From Eledone cirrhosa (taxonomy: Eukaryota), in NCBI GenBank assembly GCA_964016885.1, contig OZ024755.1, positions 13,454,001-13,518,000 of the forward strand: a stretch of DNA of 64,000 nt. The letters are read 5' to 3'. Shown here one piece after another: positions 29,301 through 44,400 of the stretch. The translations under genes were made by a program, and so were the position numbers. The notes under the pieces were generated by a model. It was not told the DNA's origin, did not search any database, and saw nothing but the letters and a program-made list of their open reading frames with translations. Numbering within the stretch: position 1 is the stretch's first letter; every line of letters begins with the position of its first letter.

Positions 29301-29990
29301 AAGACCCTCATAGAACTGGACATGAAAGGAATTTGCCCACTATACAGGAGCAAATCATGGAATAGCTTAGATAGGGCTAGACATAAGATAGGGAAGGCCA
29401 CATCATGGTACGACAACCAGAGATATCAGAGTGTCATGTTTGTGGACGCCACCCCTGGAGGGAAATTAGCTAACCAGTGTAGAAAGGCCCTGAGAAAGAC
29501 CCACTTAAAAATAAAGGTGGTAGAAAAGCCAGGAACCACCATAAAATCCCTGATCAGCAAAACCTACCCTTTTAAGAAAACCCACTGTACCAATAGGAAA
29601 TGTATCATATGTAAGGTGAACCCCCGGATAAACTGTAAAACTAGAAACGTAGTCTATAGCATAAGATGCACAGAGGGTACTTGCAGAAACACGACAACAA
29701 CATACATAGGTGAGACAGCTCGTAGCATAGGTGAAAGGATAGACCAACACTGGGGGGAACTAAAAGGACGAAAAAACGGGTCAGTACTATACGAACATGC
29801 TAGACAACATCATGACGGTAACATAGACAACATAGAAATTAGAATAATATCTAAACATAGGAATGACCCAGCAGATAGGCAAATCAGAGAGGCCAGTGAA
29901 ATAGAAATTAGAAGACCAAAGCTAAACAGAAAGAATGAGTGGAACAACAACAACACCCAAACAAACAACACTGACCTAAGAGAAGTATAA
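26358..29990 (+). CDS. Penelope-like reverse transcriptase with C-terminal GIY-YIG endonuclease (1210 aa)
   Basis: PTDKSG, LYGLRKDHK..PTRPV, GSMDVVSLYPSI, QNEGAAIG, YSRYVDD, LPVLD; Cys linker CTNRKCIIC..NC; VVY..YIGETAR..ER..H; R..REA..I..P.LN. Confidence 0.96.
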   Translation: MTLPKYNNICFDTRFHIKNLAKLIHRRYGISLCQAERLLKDTVFCYIKTTITTEQIRFLKHCVSSKTYTTNISKQVNNLLLNKTQAERLKHTITVNMKRTTYTKVNALYRQKRINGKEIRNLITANERDDFMSVIRRETKYAQNECCRHFKKKLEWMNKKKLQERKIEYSQKYPDNIDNIRMSDVKLPEEFTNDHTVNIYGNTLISEQEQQILKLPPKFAIYKKINPMECKTELEKCFTKIRWNAKVNNNNNNNGSSNINNNSGYRNNSHNHNNGRKVRNSDNGNNTSDRQNNNNHNNNNNRNVNHRHSNSDHSSNNGNNTNNNNNNNHSGNNGNSTCSNINKNKKHNNSNNHNGRNSSNNNNNNGEVNNNTSSNHNNNNINAKDRNNNNHHDNNNSNTHNYDDRNNDNPLEKLFFNPADKTYKMGNIYPTRLPFNKRVCIPQQIDDETEAQFTIARNKIRQVVDRYTMRQSRPEAQQLGIKPVEGLVSLKQRTRDGEVVCLPTDKSGRMSIDSMPNYIEAMQPHITNTSEVAQLTHDGREKTLNAHMMMWTDILKPSRRTANNFQASNNGIPPLYGLRKDHKTVDDPTIGPPTRPVCGANIASNYRISYFLSMVIRPIIKMSPDVCESTEDLLSGISECNKNRSLSNCIIGSMDVVSLYPSINIDFAVKRCVEMIIESEVEFCDVDTDELGLLLRLTYDTDYLDSHDLRCFCPSRPIRGRPPTITSMAKKTPIGRWIGWTKAIRTPQNTDQVRKMVAHAIGASIKTTLKGHIFKFNEKIYTQNEGAAIGVSIAGDVANLFMVWWERRLKDLLNESSIDLIMYSRYVDDINIVIRTPPLESTNKFDLERSTMESIQQIANSIHQSITVTIDFPSKHPNNRLPVLDTELWINTIDERAQILHSHYAKPMASKYLILKNSAMSSSAKFNILIADLVRVMKNVSSMCDPTEMEGHIQHFINRMQFSGYNQRDRVRVYEGAMEKYKTLIELDMKGICPLYRSKSWNSLDRARHKIGKATSWYDNQRYQSVMFVDATPGGKLANQCRKALRKTHLKIKVVEKPGTTIKSLISKTYPFKKTHCTNRKCIICKVNPRINCKTRNVVYSIRCTEGTCRNTTTTYIGETARSIGERIDQHWGELKGRKNGSVLYEHARQHHDGNIDNIEIRIISKHRNDPADRQIREASEIEIRRPKLNRKNEWNNNNTQTNNTDLREV

Positions 29991-30509
29991 ATAAATAAGT
30001 AAATTAAATTAAATAAAATAAGATAAATAAATACATACACAAGCACATAAACACACACTAGTCACCCAGCAGACACAACTCTATACACACTAGTCACACA
30101 TCACACATAACACTATACACACACGCAAACGCATGCGCAAAGAAGACAAAATAAAATAAGATAAACAAACAAGCAAATAAATAAATAAATAAATATATAG
30201 ACAGACTGAACAAAAAAAAAATGGCGTAGACATACAACACAACAGGAGGAACAATGAATATAACACCACTGACGATGTTGCAGATGTGCAACGAAAGATT
30301 TATGTAAACTATATATATATGTGTTTGTCTATATTGTATCTGTATTATTTTTGACCGCCGGTCAGTCAATGGCAACATTGAGGACCGAGTAAGTTAGATC
30401 GCAGATATATATATATAAAAGACAGCGAGAAGCGAAAACCAACCAAACAGTGAGTGTGTTCTGTTATTAATTCTGGCAATATTACGCAAATATGACCCTC
30501 CCCAAATAT

Positions 30510-30517
<8 letters not shown>
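29575..30517 (+). repeat. 3' pseudo-LTR
   Basis: direct repeat of 25441-26383, ending in ATGACCCTCCCCAAATATAACAATAT|(AT)n. Confidence 0.95.
30257..30314 (+). ncRNA. candidate minimal hammerhead ribozyme (3' pseudo-LTR copy)
   Basis: identical to 26123-26180. Confidence 0.72.
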
Positions 30518-31982
<1,465 letters not shown>

Positions 31983-32499
31983 TCTTGTTCAAAGATTATT
32001 TTCATTTTTAGAATAAAAACATTTGGTTACAAATATAAATTTCTCTAAACCAGACAGCAGCTTGTGTTAATTAAATGTTAAATCCCTAGATAGTTTGGTC
32101 TATTTTGACATTATACTTCTTATAAGCTTCTCTAATTATGGAGAGCAAGTCAAAAGAACAAAAGCCAATACCTAATTTATAGAGGATTTGCTTTTGTTAC
32201 TAATGTAGAGACAGGGAGGAATATACCTCCACCAGTTTCGAAGATGACTGCTCTAGTTGTTCAAGAACAGAGCAGCATGCTCGTAGAATTACTGTGTAAG
32301 TAGCCATGCATCCCATAGACACCTGTGTAGTTAACATTCAGTGTAGACAAAGCTACACTTTTGAGCTACTGGTATAGTCAAGCCGACAGGCTTCCAAAGA
32401 GTTTCTGTCAACGTAATTTCACTCTCAAGTCTACAGTAGTGCCTTTGCCATTTTCTCCGTGGGGCGCAGCCGAAACAACACTCTGACTTAGGTGTGTCG

Positions 32500-32715
32500 T
32501 CTGTCGTCCTCTCATACTTTCAAAGTTGATAAAAAGTACTAGTCCAGCGCTGGGATCAAATCTCCCTCTCTATATATTTCTCTATACCTCTCTCTCGTTG
32601 TCAGAAAGTTCTGACCCGAAGAGAGGATGGGCTCTACCAGGTTTAAAGTGCTTAAGATACACTGTATGTCACGACTGTACCCCTACGAGTTCATCAGGAG
32701 TTACGAGTCCATAGA
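32500..32715 (+). mobile_element. composite SINE, third degenerate copy
   Basis: gggctctaccaggtttaaagtgcttaagatacactgtatgtcacgac matches the tail at 12240-12320. Confidence 0.6.
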
Positions 32716-32950
32716 TACACGATGAATGCTTACTGCACATATGTATCATCCCGTTTTGATAGACATAGTGTTTCTTCTTTGGAAGCGTGATTCGTCAGTC
32801 CAGTAATTCTATAGTTTCAAGAGTTTTTATTCAGATTTCATGGTGTTATATTCATTTTTAAATCAATATCTCTTTAATGTATTTATTACGGTTTTCGTTT
32901 TTTATTAAATGCTGAATGATATACCACTCTTAAAAGTATCCGGACTGATC

Positions 32951-33531
32951 TTAAACTACGTCTTTAACCTTATTTTTGCTTTGAGATAAATTCTCTTTCT
33001 GTCATTCTTGATGTGGGAACTGTCAGTGATTGTCAGTATCTTCCTGTAATTGAAACGGATTTCCATGAGCGGCCAATCAAATATTCGGAACGTTGCTAAC
33101 AATACTGCTACTAAAAATGCATTGTGGTATATTGATTTCTTGTAAGAGAAAAGTTCCGATTGCTGTATTTTTCTGAGTTTGCTCTAATCCTTGATTATTT
33201 TAGCTTTATTGATGATATCATTATAGAATATCTTCATGTCCATCACAAGGTAGGTTCCATTGTCCAGTACAAAGGTGATAGAAAGGCCAGAGATGTTGTA
33301 GTTTTGTCTGCTTCTAGAGGCATTCGATTTATCTGATTCTTGAGAAAAGTAGCATATATATATATAGTTGTAAGCAGACTCACAATATATCGCAGTGGAA
33401 AATGCACAACCACACAAGAAAGATGCAAATTTACTTCGCCAGCACTTTACTGGAGGTGCAGTTTCGTGCATTAAGGTGGTACTCCATTTAATTTCGTACC
33501 TTGCTAAACTCATAACGAAGAAATGTTCTCG
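32951..33531 (-). pseudogene. probable decayed rhodopsin-family GPCR fragment (TM3 to TM6)
   Basis: one frame with a single TAG at 33184: HFFVMSLARY..KFASFLCGCAFS..YICYF..ISGLSITFVL..LVMDMKIFYNDII..KKSIYHNAFLVAVLLATFRIFDWPL. Confidence 0.4.
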
Positions 33532-33541
33532 TTATATTTAT

Positions 33542-33700
33542 TATGAGAGTGGGCTGAAAAGTTCATAGGCTGACCCTGAAAGATTCATGCTAGAGCTGTG
33601 AAGTTTTCATGCATTAATTTCAACTCTTCTTATTATTAAGAGACTGTGTTGAAAAAATAAACCTCATTTGGTCACTCCATGGAAGTATCTTGGTCAGCTT
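33542..33700 (-). mobile_element. mariner-derived MITE, same family as 15434-15615, opposite orientation
   Basis: TATGAGAGTGGGCTGAAAAGTTCATAGG terminus; shared interior. Confidence 0.7.
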
Positions 33701-33814
33701 GTCAATCATCTGGCAGGAAGGTATACGGTGCTGACGATAGCTAATAAGCTTGAAACTAGTACATCGTTCCTTTGTCAGTGTTGAACAAAAGGGCAACGAT
33801 GGTTGCTAAACACT

Positions 33815-34018
33815 GTACGGCTTAATTCGGGAAGATTGTTTACAAACAAACCGAGCATTATCATAAATGCTCGGTAAATCCATACGTACATATATATATA
33901 TATATGCATAATATTGTACGTCTGGAAACATATATGTATGTACGTATACATACTTATATTTAAGTAACAGCCGTACTAAGAGTGAGAAATGAAATTTCGT
34001 TTCATTTTTCCGTTTATA
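33815..34018. mobile_element. fold-back element with ~100-bp TIRs, copy 1 (left TIR mostly lost)
   Basis: 33815-33890 matches 42323-42400; 33916-34018 is the reverse complement of 42223-42326. Confidence 0.75.
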
Positions 34019-34298
34019 TATATATATAAATATATATATATACATATAAATGTAATATATACATATAAATATAATATAAATATAATATATAATATAAATA
34101 AATATATATATATAAATACATATATATATATAAATATAATATATATATATAAATATAATATATATATATAAATACATATATATATATAAATATAATATAT
34201 ATATAAATATAATATATATATAAATATATATATATAAATATAATATATATATATAAATATAATATATATATATAAATATAATATATATATATAAATAT

Positions 34299-34330
<32 letters not shown>

Positions 34331-34658
34331 AATATATATATATAAATATAATATATATATATAATATATATATATAAATATATATATATAAATATAATAT
34401 ATATATATAATATATATATATAAATATAATATATATATATATAATATATATATATAATATATATATATATATATAATATATATATATAATATATATATAT
34501 AATATATATATATAATATATATATATAAATATAATATATATATATAATATATATATATAATATATATATATAATATATATATATAATATATATATATAAA
34601 TATAATATATATATATAATATATATATATAATATATATATATAATATATATATATAAT

Positions 34659-34701
<43 letters not shown>

Positions 34702-34851
34702 AAAATATAATATATATATAAAAATATAATATATATATATATAAAAATATAATATATATATATATATATAAATATAATATATATATATAAATATAATATA
34801 TATATATAAATATAATATATATATATAAATATAATATATATATATAAATAT

Positions 34852-34929
<78 letters not shown>

Positions 34930-34932
34930 TAA

Positions 34933-34976
<44 letters not shown>

Positions 34977-34979
34977 TAA

Positions 34980-35023
<44 letters not shown>

Positions 35024-35026
35024 TAA

Positions 35027-35062
<36 letters not shown>

Positions 35063-35851
35063 TAATATATATATATAATATATATATATAAATATAATAT
35101 ATATATATAAATATAATATATAAAAATATAATATATATATATAAATATAATATATATATATAAATATTATATATATAAATATAATATATATATATAAATA
35201 TAATATATAAAAATATAATATATATATATAAATATAATATATATATATAAATATAATATATATATATAAATATAATATATATATATATATATAATATATA
35301 AAAATATAATATATATATATAAATATAATATATATATATATATATAATATATAAAAATATAATATATATATATAAATATAATATATATATATAAATATAA
35401 TATATATATATAAATATAATATATATAAATATAATATATATAAATATAATATATATATATAAATATAATATATATATATAAATATAATATATATATATAA
35501 ATATAATATATATATATAAATATAATATATATATAAATATAATATATATATAAATATATATATATATAAATATATAAATATATATATATAAATATATAAA
35601 TATAATATATATATATATAAATATAATATATATATATATAAATATAATATATATATATAAATATAATATATATATATAAATATAATATATATATATAAAT
35701 ATAATATATATATATAAATATAATATATATAAATATAATATATATATAAATATAATATATATATAAATATAATATATATATAAATATAATATATATATAA
35801 ATATAATATATATATAAATATAATATATATATAAATATAATATATATATAA

Positions 35852-35885
<34 letters not shown>
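34019..35885. repeat. (TA)n-derived satellite (ATATAAATATAAT units)
   Basis: direct inspection. Confidence 0.97.
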
Positions 35886-35898
<13 letters not shown>

Positions 35899-36059
35899 CT
35901 TGTATTATTTCCTACATTTCATTTTGTTTATTGCATCATATAGCATTTAAAACTGAATATATTCTATTTCTTTCTGCTAATCTGTGAATGAAAAAATATT
36001 TGTTAACAAAATACTTATATCTATTGCTACTACTAATATCTGAGCGTGTGTTTATTGTC

Positions 36060-36530
<471 letters not shown>

Positions 36531-37642
36531 TATATGTGCATGTATACATGCGTGTATGCGTGTGGCCACACACAAAATTATACGGAGATCTTCCTTTTCA
36601 TTTTTAATTACGACGAAAGCATTTCTTTTTTCGCTTTGTTTTCCTTCGCTGGAGGTCTGAGATTTGTTGCCTTTCTCAAAATATCCTCTATAATTGGACT
36701 TTCAGGATAACGTTCATTTTGATATAATGATGTGTCGAATATTTCAATGAATACTATAGCGGACAGCCTAATCAATAGGTATTGGTTCGTGACCTGTTAA
36801 TAACGTTCAACTATATATTCAGGGTCAAAGTAGTGAATACCTCCAGCATTCAGTCAATTTGACTGGAATTAAGTTATCAACCATGAATATATCTAATTAG
36901 TCAAACTTTGTATGATGCAGCGTTGATTAGTTTAGTTGTAACAAGAAGATAGAACTAATAACAAGTCCGAAATCTGTCCGGCTTTATCTCTCGGATTTGA
37001 TTCGTTCATCTTTGCTAGCAGCCAAAGAACAACTGTGAACATATTTTGGTCTCAAGAATCTCATCAACATAATTTAATAATGTGGTTGTATTTTACTTTT
37101 CTATGTCTCTCAATGATGATGTATGTTTAATCTAATGTTGTTTAAACATACACTTATTTATGCCATTGAAGTGGATCGCGTTCCCTGGTATGGTTCACTT
37201 CCATGGTGGCGACTTCTGCTTCATATATTGTCGCATTAGCATTACAGACCATAATCAATAGGGTAAAAAAGTTACAATTATACATCTGCCACCACCAGAC
37301 ATTTTTCTCGTCTCTCCAGAGAGCACACCTTTATGCTTCATCTTTCCTGGATCAATCCAGAGCGGTGGATTGCCAGAATTGTTAGAGAAACGGTTGAGAT
37401 GCCTTGCAGTATTTTAGATGCTTTGTGGTATTCCTTCCGAGTGCAAATCCCACCGTGGCCCACTTGGATGTATCTATTAAAGAATTCAACATTTCTCTCT
37501 CTATCTATCTATCTATCCATCTCTCTTTACATCTATCTATCCAATTCATTAAAAATCCGACTATTTTAAAGTAGGGTTATAAATAAAACATTAATATTAC
37601 CTACATATTAATGATAACAGATGAGTGGATAGACAGACAGAG

Positions 37643-37852
37643 AAATTAAATAAATAGGGATACATATGAAATATATACTCATAAATAACACAGAAAGTTA
37701 TGTAAACTCATATTTTACCTCAACCACACAGAGTATGTATATATATATATATATATACTCTGTATGTGTGTGGTTGAGGTAAAATATGAGTTTACATAAA
37801 TTTCTGTTATTTATGAGTATATATTTCATATGTATCCCTATTTATTTAATTT
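37643..37852. repeat. imperfect ~95-bp inverted repeat centred on a (TA)n tract
   Basis: aaattaaataaatagggatacatatg..cctcaaccacacagagtat (TA)n atactctg..tgtgtggttgagg..catatgtatccctatttatttaattt. Confidence 0.9.
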
Positions 37853-37920
37853 GTGTGTGTATATGTGTACATATATATATATATTTATATATTTTCCACT
37901 CACATATATATATGTGTGTG

Positions 37921-37975
<55 letters not shown>

Positions 37976-40799
37976 GTTTAGAATTATTATTGTGTGAGTG
38001 TGTGTGTATGTGTGTGCGTATATGTGTTTGTGCATGTATATATGAGAGCAATGTATAAATGAGAAAGAAGATGGAGGTGAGGAGAGAGAGAGAGAGAGGA
38101 GGCTGGGGGAGTATAAGACAATTATGGCACCAGAAACAGTTTAAGAAGATAACTAGGCTTTTATCATTCACAAATATAATATATTGATTTTCTTCTTAAC
38201 CTTTTTGAAATTTTGACAGAATAATAATAATAATAATAATAATGTTGATAATAAACCAAGCATACGTAGATATGTGTATACATACCCACACATGAATACA
38301 CACACACATATAGATATAAAAAAAACAACTTTCATAATGCATATGTAATGAGCGCAATAATTAATGTGTGTGTGTATATATATATGTATATATATATATG
38401 TATATTTATGTATATTATATATATATATATATATATATGTATATTTATGTATATTATATATATATATATGTATATTTATGTATATTATATATATATATAT
38501 ATATGTATATATGTGTATTTATTTATATTGATCCATGTGTATATATTAATCTACTGACTTCATTTAATGCTATCATATATACCAATAGAGAAATATGAGT
38601 TCTCCATTTGATCAAATTTACTTTTCTCACGTTGAACAAATATAATCGTTTTAAAGTCTCATTTACATATCGTTTATACCTGCCGAGCTCTCTTCACCCT
38701 GCTTCCTCACCACTTGTTCCTTCTCATTTCTTCACCTTCACTTCTCCCTTATTTCAGCTATGTTTTCTTATGTAGTTTAAATGTTTTAAGAAATTCTACA
38801 CAAAGACTTGGAATTCAGATATTCACATTGGACATCCGTCTGTTTCGACGATGAGTGTTCTTGTTATTTGATCAACAGAAGAGCCTGTTCGTGAAATAAG
38901 CCTAAATGTGGCTGTGTGTTTTACAATCATGTGCACCTTTAACGTACTTCTCAGGGAGATTCAGCGTGTCAGTGTGTGGTACCCATTGTAAGTCATTTCT
39001 CAGTAAATCCGCACAAATATTCTATAATTACCAGTAATATAATAGTGTCGTTCCACTTGAACCTAAGATATCTTGCAAACATCTACCTTGAACATAAATA
39101 TAACACAGTTAAAGCATTCTATATTTCGGTACTTTGTGCATTAGCTGGGAAGGGAGATAATCAAGCTGACAGAAACATGACTATTAAATGTTATTAAAAG
39201 TGGAATCTCAGTATTCTTTCGCGCACACTTGGTGTTTATCGGAATCCGTTCCGGAGAACACTGATCCACAGAAAGCAATAGGAAAGAGCTCACCGTGCTT
39301 TATTAAGAGACAACGTATCTCATTGAATCTCAGAATTCTTTTACGGAGTCCACTTTATTTTTTAATCACTGATCCAGAGAAACTAACCCAAGAGCTCTTC
39401 TGTATTTCTCTACTTTGAACCACGTCACTAAATACAAAGCCATAAATACTTGTTCAACAATCAAATGCCACCAATTCCAAGTGATAATCCTGTTCTTATA
39501 ATCATAGAGCTAGCGTTCTTGCAGTTTATGTTTAGTGAAACTGATGGACACTTAAAAAAGAAAAGACATCGAATGAACAACACTTATTTAAACCATTCCT
39601 AATTTCAAGGTAATTATGTCATCAATTATTCCTCTATCGTTATTATTCGGCGATAATTAATTTATCGACTGTAAATAATATTTAAGAGGACATTTTAAAT
39701 TGTTTAGGTGGGAAGAGAAATTGAATTGTTCAAAACATATAATTAGATTGAAAAATTCTCTTAGGTTATTTTTTCGACATTTTAAGAGAGGAATTATTGA
39801 AAGGCAACATTTTTACATTAATATATTGCAAAATGTTCGTTAATAGTTGGTTCTAATTTGAAGTTATAGAGGCTGAAAGTATCCCATTAGTTCAGTTGCA
39901 AAGTGTGTATGCATGTATTTGTCTGCGTATCTGTGAATGTTTGTGTGTATCTATTTGTCTGTGTATGTGTCTCTCGTTCTCTCTCAATCTTTTTGTGTAT
40001 CTGCCCATGTTTACAAAGGTGTATCTATATGTCTCTCTCTCTCTCTTCCTCTTTTTCTCGGTCTTCTCTCTCAATATATGTTTGTGTATCTGTGCTTGTA
40101 TACAAATGCATGTGTATAAACACGTGATTGTCCATTAAGCGCAATATTTTGAAAACATTTCTTTCAATATTAAGTAAAATGGTGAACACCGCTGAGAAAG
40201 ATAATCTCGTAGTGTTTCGAGTACCATTATTCAATTCTTCACTAAAAAACCTATTTCACATCACTTACGCTGTTAATAACCTTAGTAAAAGCATGAATCT
40301 ATCAATTTCCCCATTTTTTCTCCCTTCAAATACAAGGCATTTATTGTCGGTGGATTGGTAGTGTAGGTAGAGCATCGTACACAATTCTTTCTGGAAATTT
40401 AATTACAGCCCTTTAAGTTCTGAGTTCAAATTCTCCCTATAAATCTACATGTGAACAGAACGCCACACATTCAGTTTGTTATGAAGAATATATACACTAA
40501 ACCATTATTTTCCGACTTGATATCGTCGTCATCATTGTCTACTTTCGTGTAAAATGATGATAGAGAATTTCATCTTGTTCATACGTTTCGGTTTGGCATG
40601 GATGCCCATCTATCTAACATCACCCAATTTACAGAGTGTGTTATGTGCATTCTATCGGGTCACCAGCCCTGAAGTGGTTGTCATGCGCTCAGAAGTTTAG
40701 AATCTTTAAAATAATTTCAATATTGTCATAGTTCAACTAGTTATTTGTAAGTTGTAAGTAGTGCTGAATTTCACAAAGATTTCACTCCAGCTGTTCTGT

Positions 40800-41100
40800 T
40801 ATGAGAGATAGATAAAATGAGAGATAGAGTGAGAGTGAGATAGAGAATGATAGTGAGATAGAGAATGATAGTGAGATAGAGAATGATAGTGAGATAGTAG
40901 GGGAGAGTGAGATAAATATAGATAGATAGCGATAGAGTGAGATAGAGTTAGATATAAATACAAAAAAATATAGAGCGGTAGATAGAGAGAGAGGAAGAGA
41001 GAGAGAGAGGAAGAGAGGGAGAGAGGAAGAGAGAGGAAGAGAGAAAGAGAGAGGAAGAGAGGAAGAGAGAAAAAGAGAGAAAGAGGAAGAGAGAGAAACC
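40800..41100. repeat. GA-rich low-complexity repeat incl. 18-bp unit AGTGAGATAGAGAATGAT x3
   Basis: direct inspection. Confidence 0.85.
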
Positions 41101-41854
41101 AACTATAACTGCTGATGAGTGAGCTTTCAGCTTTCTTTTCTCCGAGTATCTATAGTCTTTCATTGTGCAATTCTTAAAATAAATATATTACTTCATTTGA
41201 ATTACTATTCAGGCAACAGCGAGTTGTAAGCAATTTATAAATATATTGAAATAAGTTGAGTAGTTAGATCTCAAATCATCTTTAACAAGAGAAATGTAAT
41301 TATAAATGTGATATAGCCAGCGGAATTTAAAAAAATGAAAAAAGACTGCACAAATAGACTGCCTTAATGATCTATCTATCTATCTACCGAGAGAAAGAGA
41401 AAGTCAGATCTGTCTAACTATTTGTCTGTCTGTCTGTGTGTCTGTCTATCTATCTACCTATCTGCCAAATCTATTTATATAAAATCAGGGGCGAGAGATC
41501 AGTATATTTATTATACTCTGCGATCCTACCATTTACCTGATAGTAGTTGGCTCCCGATTCTACGATAGAAACATTAGCGAAATGTCTCTCGGCTGTGCGC
41601 TCCTTTTTCTCGGAAATCGAACAATTTCCGAATGTAGTTTACGTCAAGATTACCTACAATCTAATAAACCGAACTATGTATCTACTATCAACTTAGTGCT
41701 GACAAAAAACAAAAACAAAAACAAAACACACGGGCGCGCGTCTCCCGTCAGTCCTTCTAAGATCAACCGTTGGGAAAACCCGTTAAATGCTTTTGTCCTT
41801 TCATTTGGTGAAAATATTAGCGTTTCATAAGGTACAATCTCTTTCACACACACA

Positions 41855-41899
<45 letters not shown>

Positions 41900-41955
41900 G
41901 CACACACACACATGCATGCATACACCAACACATACATACATGCATACGCATGCAT

Positions 41956-41990
<35 letters not shown>

Positions 41991-42222
41991 AACACGCATA
42001 TATTATTTATAATTAAAAAATGGGGAAAACTACTAAATTTCTATATGATAGATGGGTAACCAATCGCTTTGCGGCGAATCAGTTTCACAGTTCAATTATT
42101 TCCAATTACGAATATTTAACTCTTTAGCCGAAGGAGAAAGAAATAAACTCTGAAATCAGGGCAGATGATTTAAATTAAGACTTTAGAAACGTAAAAAATT
42201 ATTATATATAAATATATATATA

Positions 42223-42473
42223 TATAAACGGAAAAAATGAAACGAAATTTCATTTCCCACTCTTAGTACGGCTGTTACTTAAATATAAGTATGTACACGT
42301 ACATACATATATGTATACAGACGTACGGCTTAATACGGGATGTTTGTTTACAAACACACCGAGCATTATAATAAATGTTCGGTGAATCCATACGTACATA
42401 TATATATGTGTGCATGTATGTATATATATATATATACATACTACTGTACGTCTGTAAACATATATGTATGTAC

Positions 42474-42482
<9 letters not shown>
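42223..42482. mobile_element. fold-back element with ~100-bp TIRs, copy 2 (right TIR truncated at (TA)n)
   Basis: 42446-42482 is the reverse complement of ~42290-42326; shares interior with 33815-33890. Confidence 0.75.
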
Positions 42483-42518
<36 letters not shown>

Positions 42519-42650
42519 AGTTAAGTAAAATATGTAAATTTTACATATTTGACTTAATTATTTTACATTACTCCGGAGTAAAGAAACCAACCTGCGTACT
42601 TCGTCGAGTGCTCCAATCTGCATACTGAGGTGTCGGTAAACAACCAACAT

Positions 42651-42710
<60 letters not shown>

Positions 42711-44269
42711 GAGAGAGAGAGAGAATCAACTCCTGTACTGGACTGCTACTTATATAGTCCTCGAAGCAAGATTAGAACTCAGAGCGTAGAAAGCCTAAAC
42801 GAATGCTATAAAACATTATATCCGGCCTTCTAACAACTCTGACAATACGATGCTTTTATGATTAATATAGAATAAAGTAAACATTTATTGATTTTAATAA
42901 CCACACATACGACTATTGATAAAATATCATACAAATCCATAATAATATCTTTGCGGAAATTTTCATATTGAATTTGGTGTCAATATATAACTTCCAGAGA
43001 ATTAATAACTCTTGATAAAATCATAGATAAACTTAACCCAGTCACACCTATTGTTACAGTAGCATAATATTAATTCTGATAAGTGTAATTATCACTCGGT
43101 ATTAGATACAAAATCCATGAATGGATTTATCTAACATAGTTTGGTCAAGTAACATATTTCAAATGAATTTCTTATATGAACACTAAATATAACGGTATAT
43201 TTATGAATAGAAAGTGATACGAGAAATAGTTAATATAAAACTTCCAATTCTACATTTATATTTATGATTTTATAACAACACTTGTCATTATATCCTTCTG
43301 ATAATTGGTAAAAGGTCCAACAATACAATCTAATAATCATTGGTAACTCATGTACGACAGCCATAATCCATACCAGATAGCTAACCCAGTGACAAACCTA
43401 TGGAAACATGTATTTGAAGCACAAATTATCTGAGATAGCTAAGCAAGTGACAGAAACCCTTGGTAAGATATGTATTTCAGTTTGTTGGGTAGATTTGATC
43501 CGTCGCTCAATTAAACACTTCTTTATCGCCCTCTGGATGCCTTTATTAGAGTTCTCTCTGTTGCCAACATTCGGGTGATGTCTTCGGCGTTTTTAGGATA
43601 TATCCCTCTATCTCACAAGTCTTGGAGCGACAAAAAAGAGCCATGGGCACTGCCTTTTTTCATGACTAATCAATAAATAATGGTTGCTCCAGTTCCCTCA
43701 GCTAAATTTGAGTACCAAGTGGCAGCTGAGGTCAACATTTATTTACTCCAAACTATAGAAACACGTGAAAGTGTGCTTCTTCCTACTGAATCTTCCCGAG
43801 AACTACGTCGAAAGTATAGATGTCTGAGGAATTCCCAGCCATTTGCGTGTTAATTTCATGAGCAGGTTGATCTGTTGACTGAATAAATGGAACGCTCATC
43901 GCCGAAACCGACGAAGCCCTATTCGATTCTATTTAATCATATTAAACATTGTTACCCTTAACCGTGTCTGATATGAAAGTCCCAATGCATAGCTACTTCA
44001 ATCATCATTCCTCGGAAAGACTGCTATAGATACACTATTGCAATGTTCCAGTCAGCCTGCTCGTTCTGATTCACATTGCTTTCTTTTATTGCAGATGATG
44101 CCAAACTTCACTCACGTAAGCTAGACATATATTGCATTGTTATTACTGAAACCTTAAAGAGAGCCTTCAATGAAGTTATGACAATTTAATTTCATTCAGT
44201 CACCGGTCCCACATTGCAATCACTACACGTATTAACACAAAATTACTTTTACAACACTATTATCTCTCA

Positions 44270-44400
44270 CAACGTGTTAGAATGTTCCGCAGAATTCATT
44301 CCGGCTTTCTCTACTTTGTGTTCAAATCTTATCGAGGTCAACTTTGCCTTTCATGCTTTAGAGGTCGATAAATATAGTACCAGTCTAGTATTAGGACTAA
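44270..44400 (+). mobile_element. degenerate SINE family A fragment
   Basis: gttcaaatcttatcgaggtcaactttgcctttcatgctttagaggtcgataaatatagtaccag. Confidence 0.7.

Noticed and set aside
26358-29990. Selenocysteine recoding, as known for some Naiad PLEs
   Set aside because: The ORF has no in-frame TGA, ends in TAA, and I saw no convincing SECIS.
25441-30517. LTR retrotransposon interpretation of the direct repeats
   Set aside because: No TG..CA termini, PBS, gag, protease or integrase; the repeats contain coding sequence, as Penelope pseudo-LTRs do.
41465-41830. Possible Helitron-like element (TCTAT..TATAAAA start)
   Set aside because: No 3' hairpin plus CTRR end identified and no second copy in the window.
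44060-44190. FIADDAKL, resembling a CR1/L2 RT motif
   Set aside because: Too short; the flanking frame does not extend convincingly.
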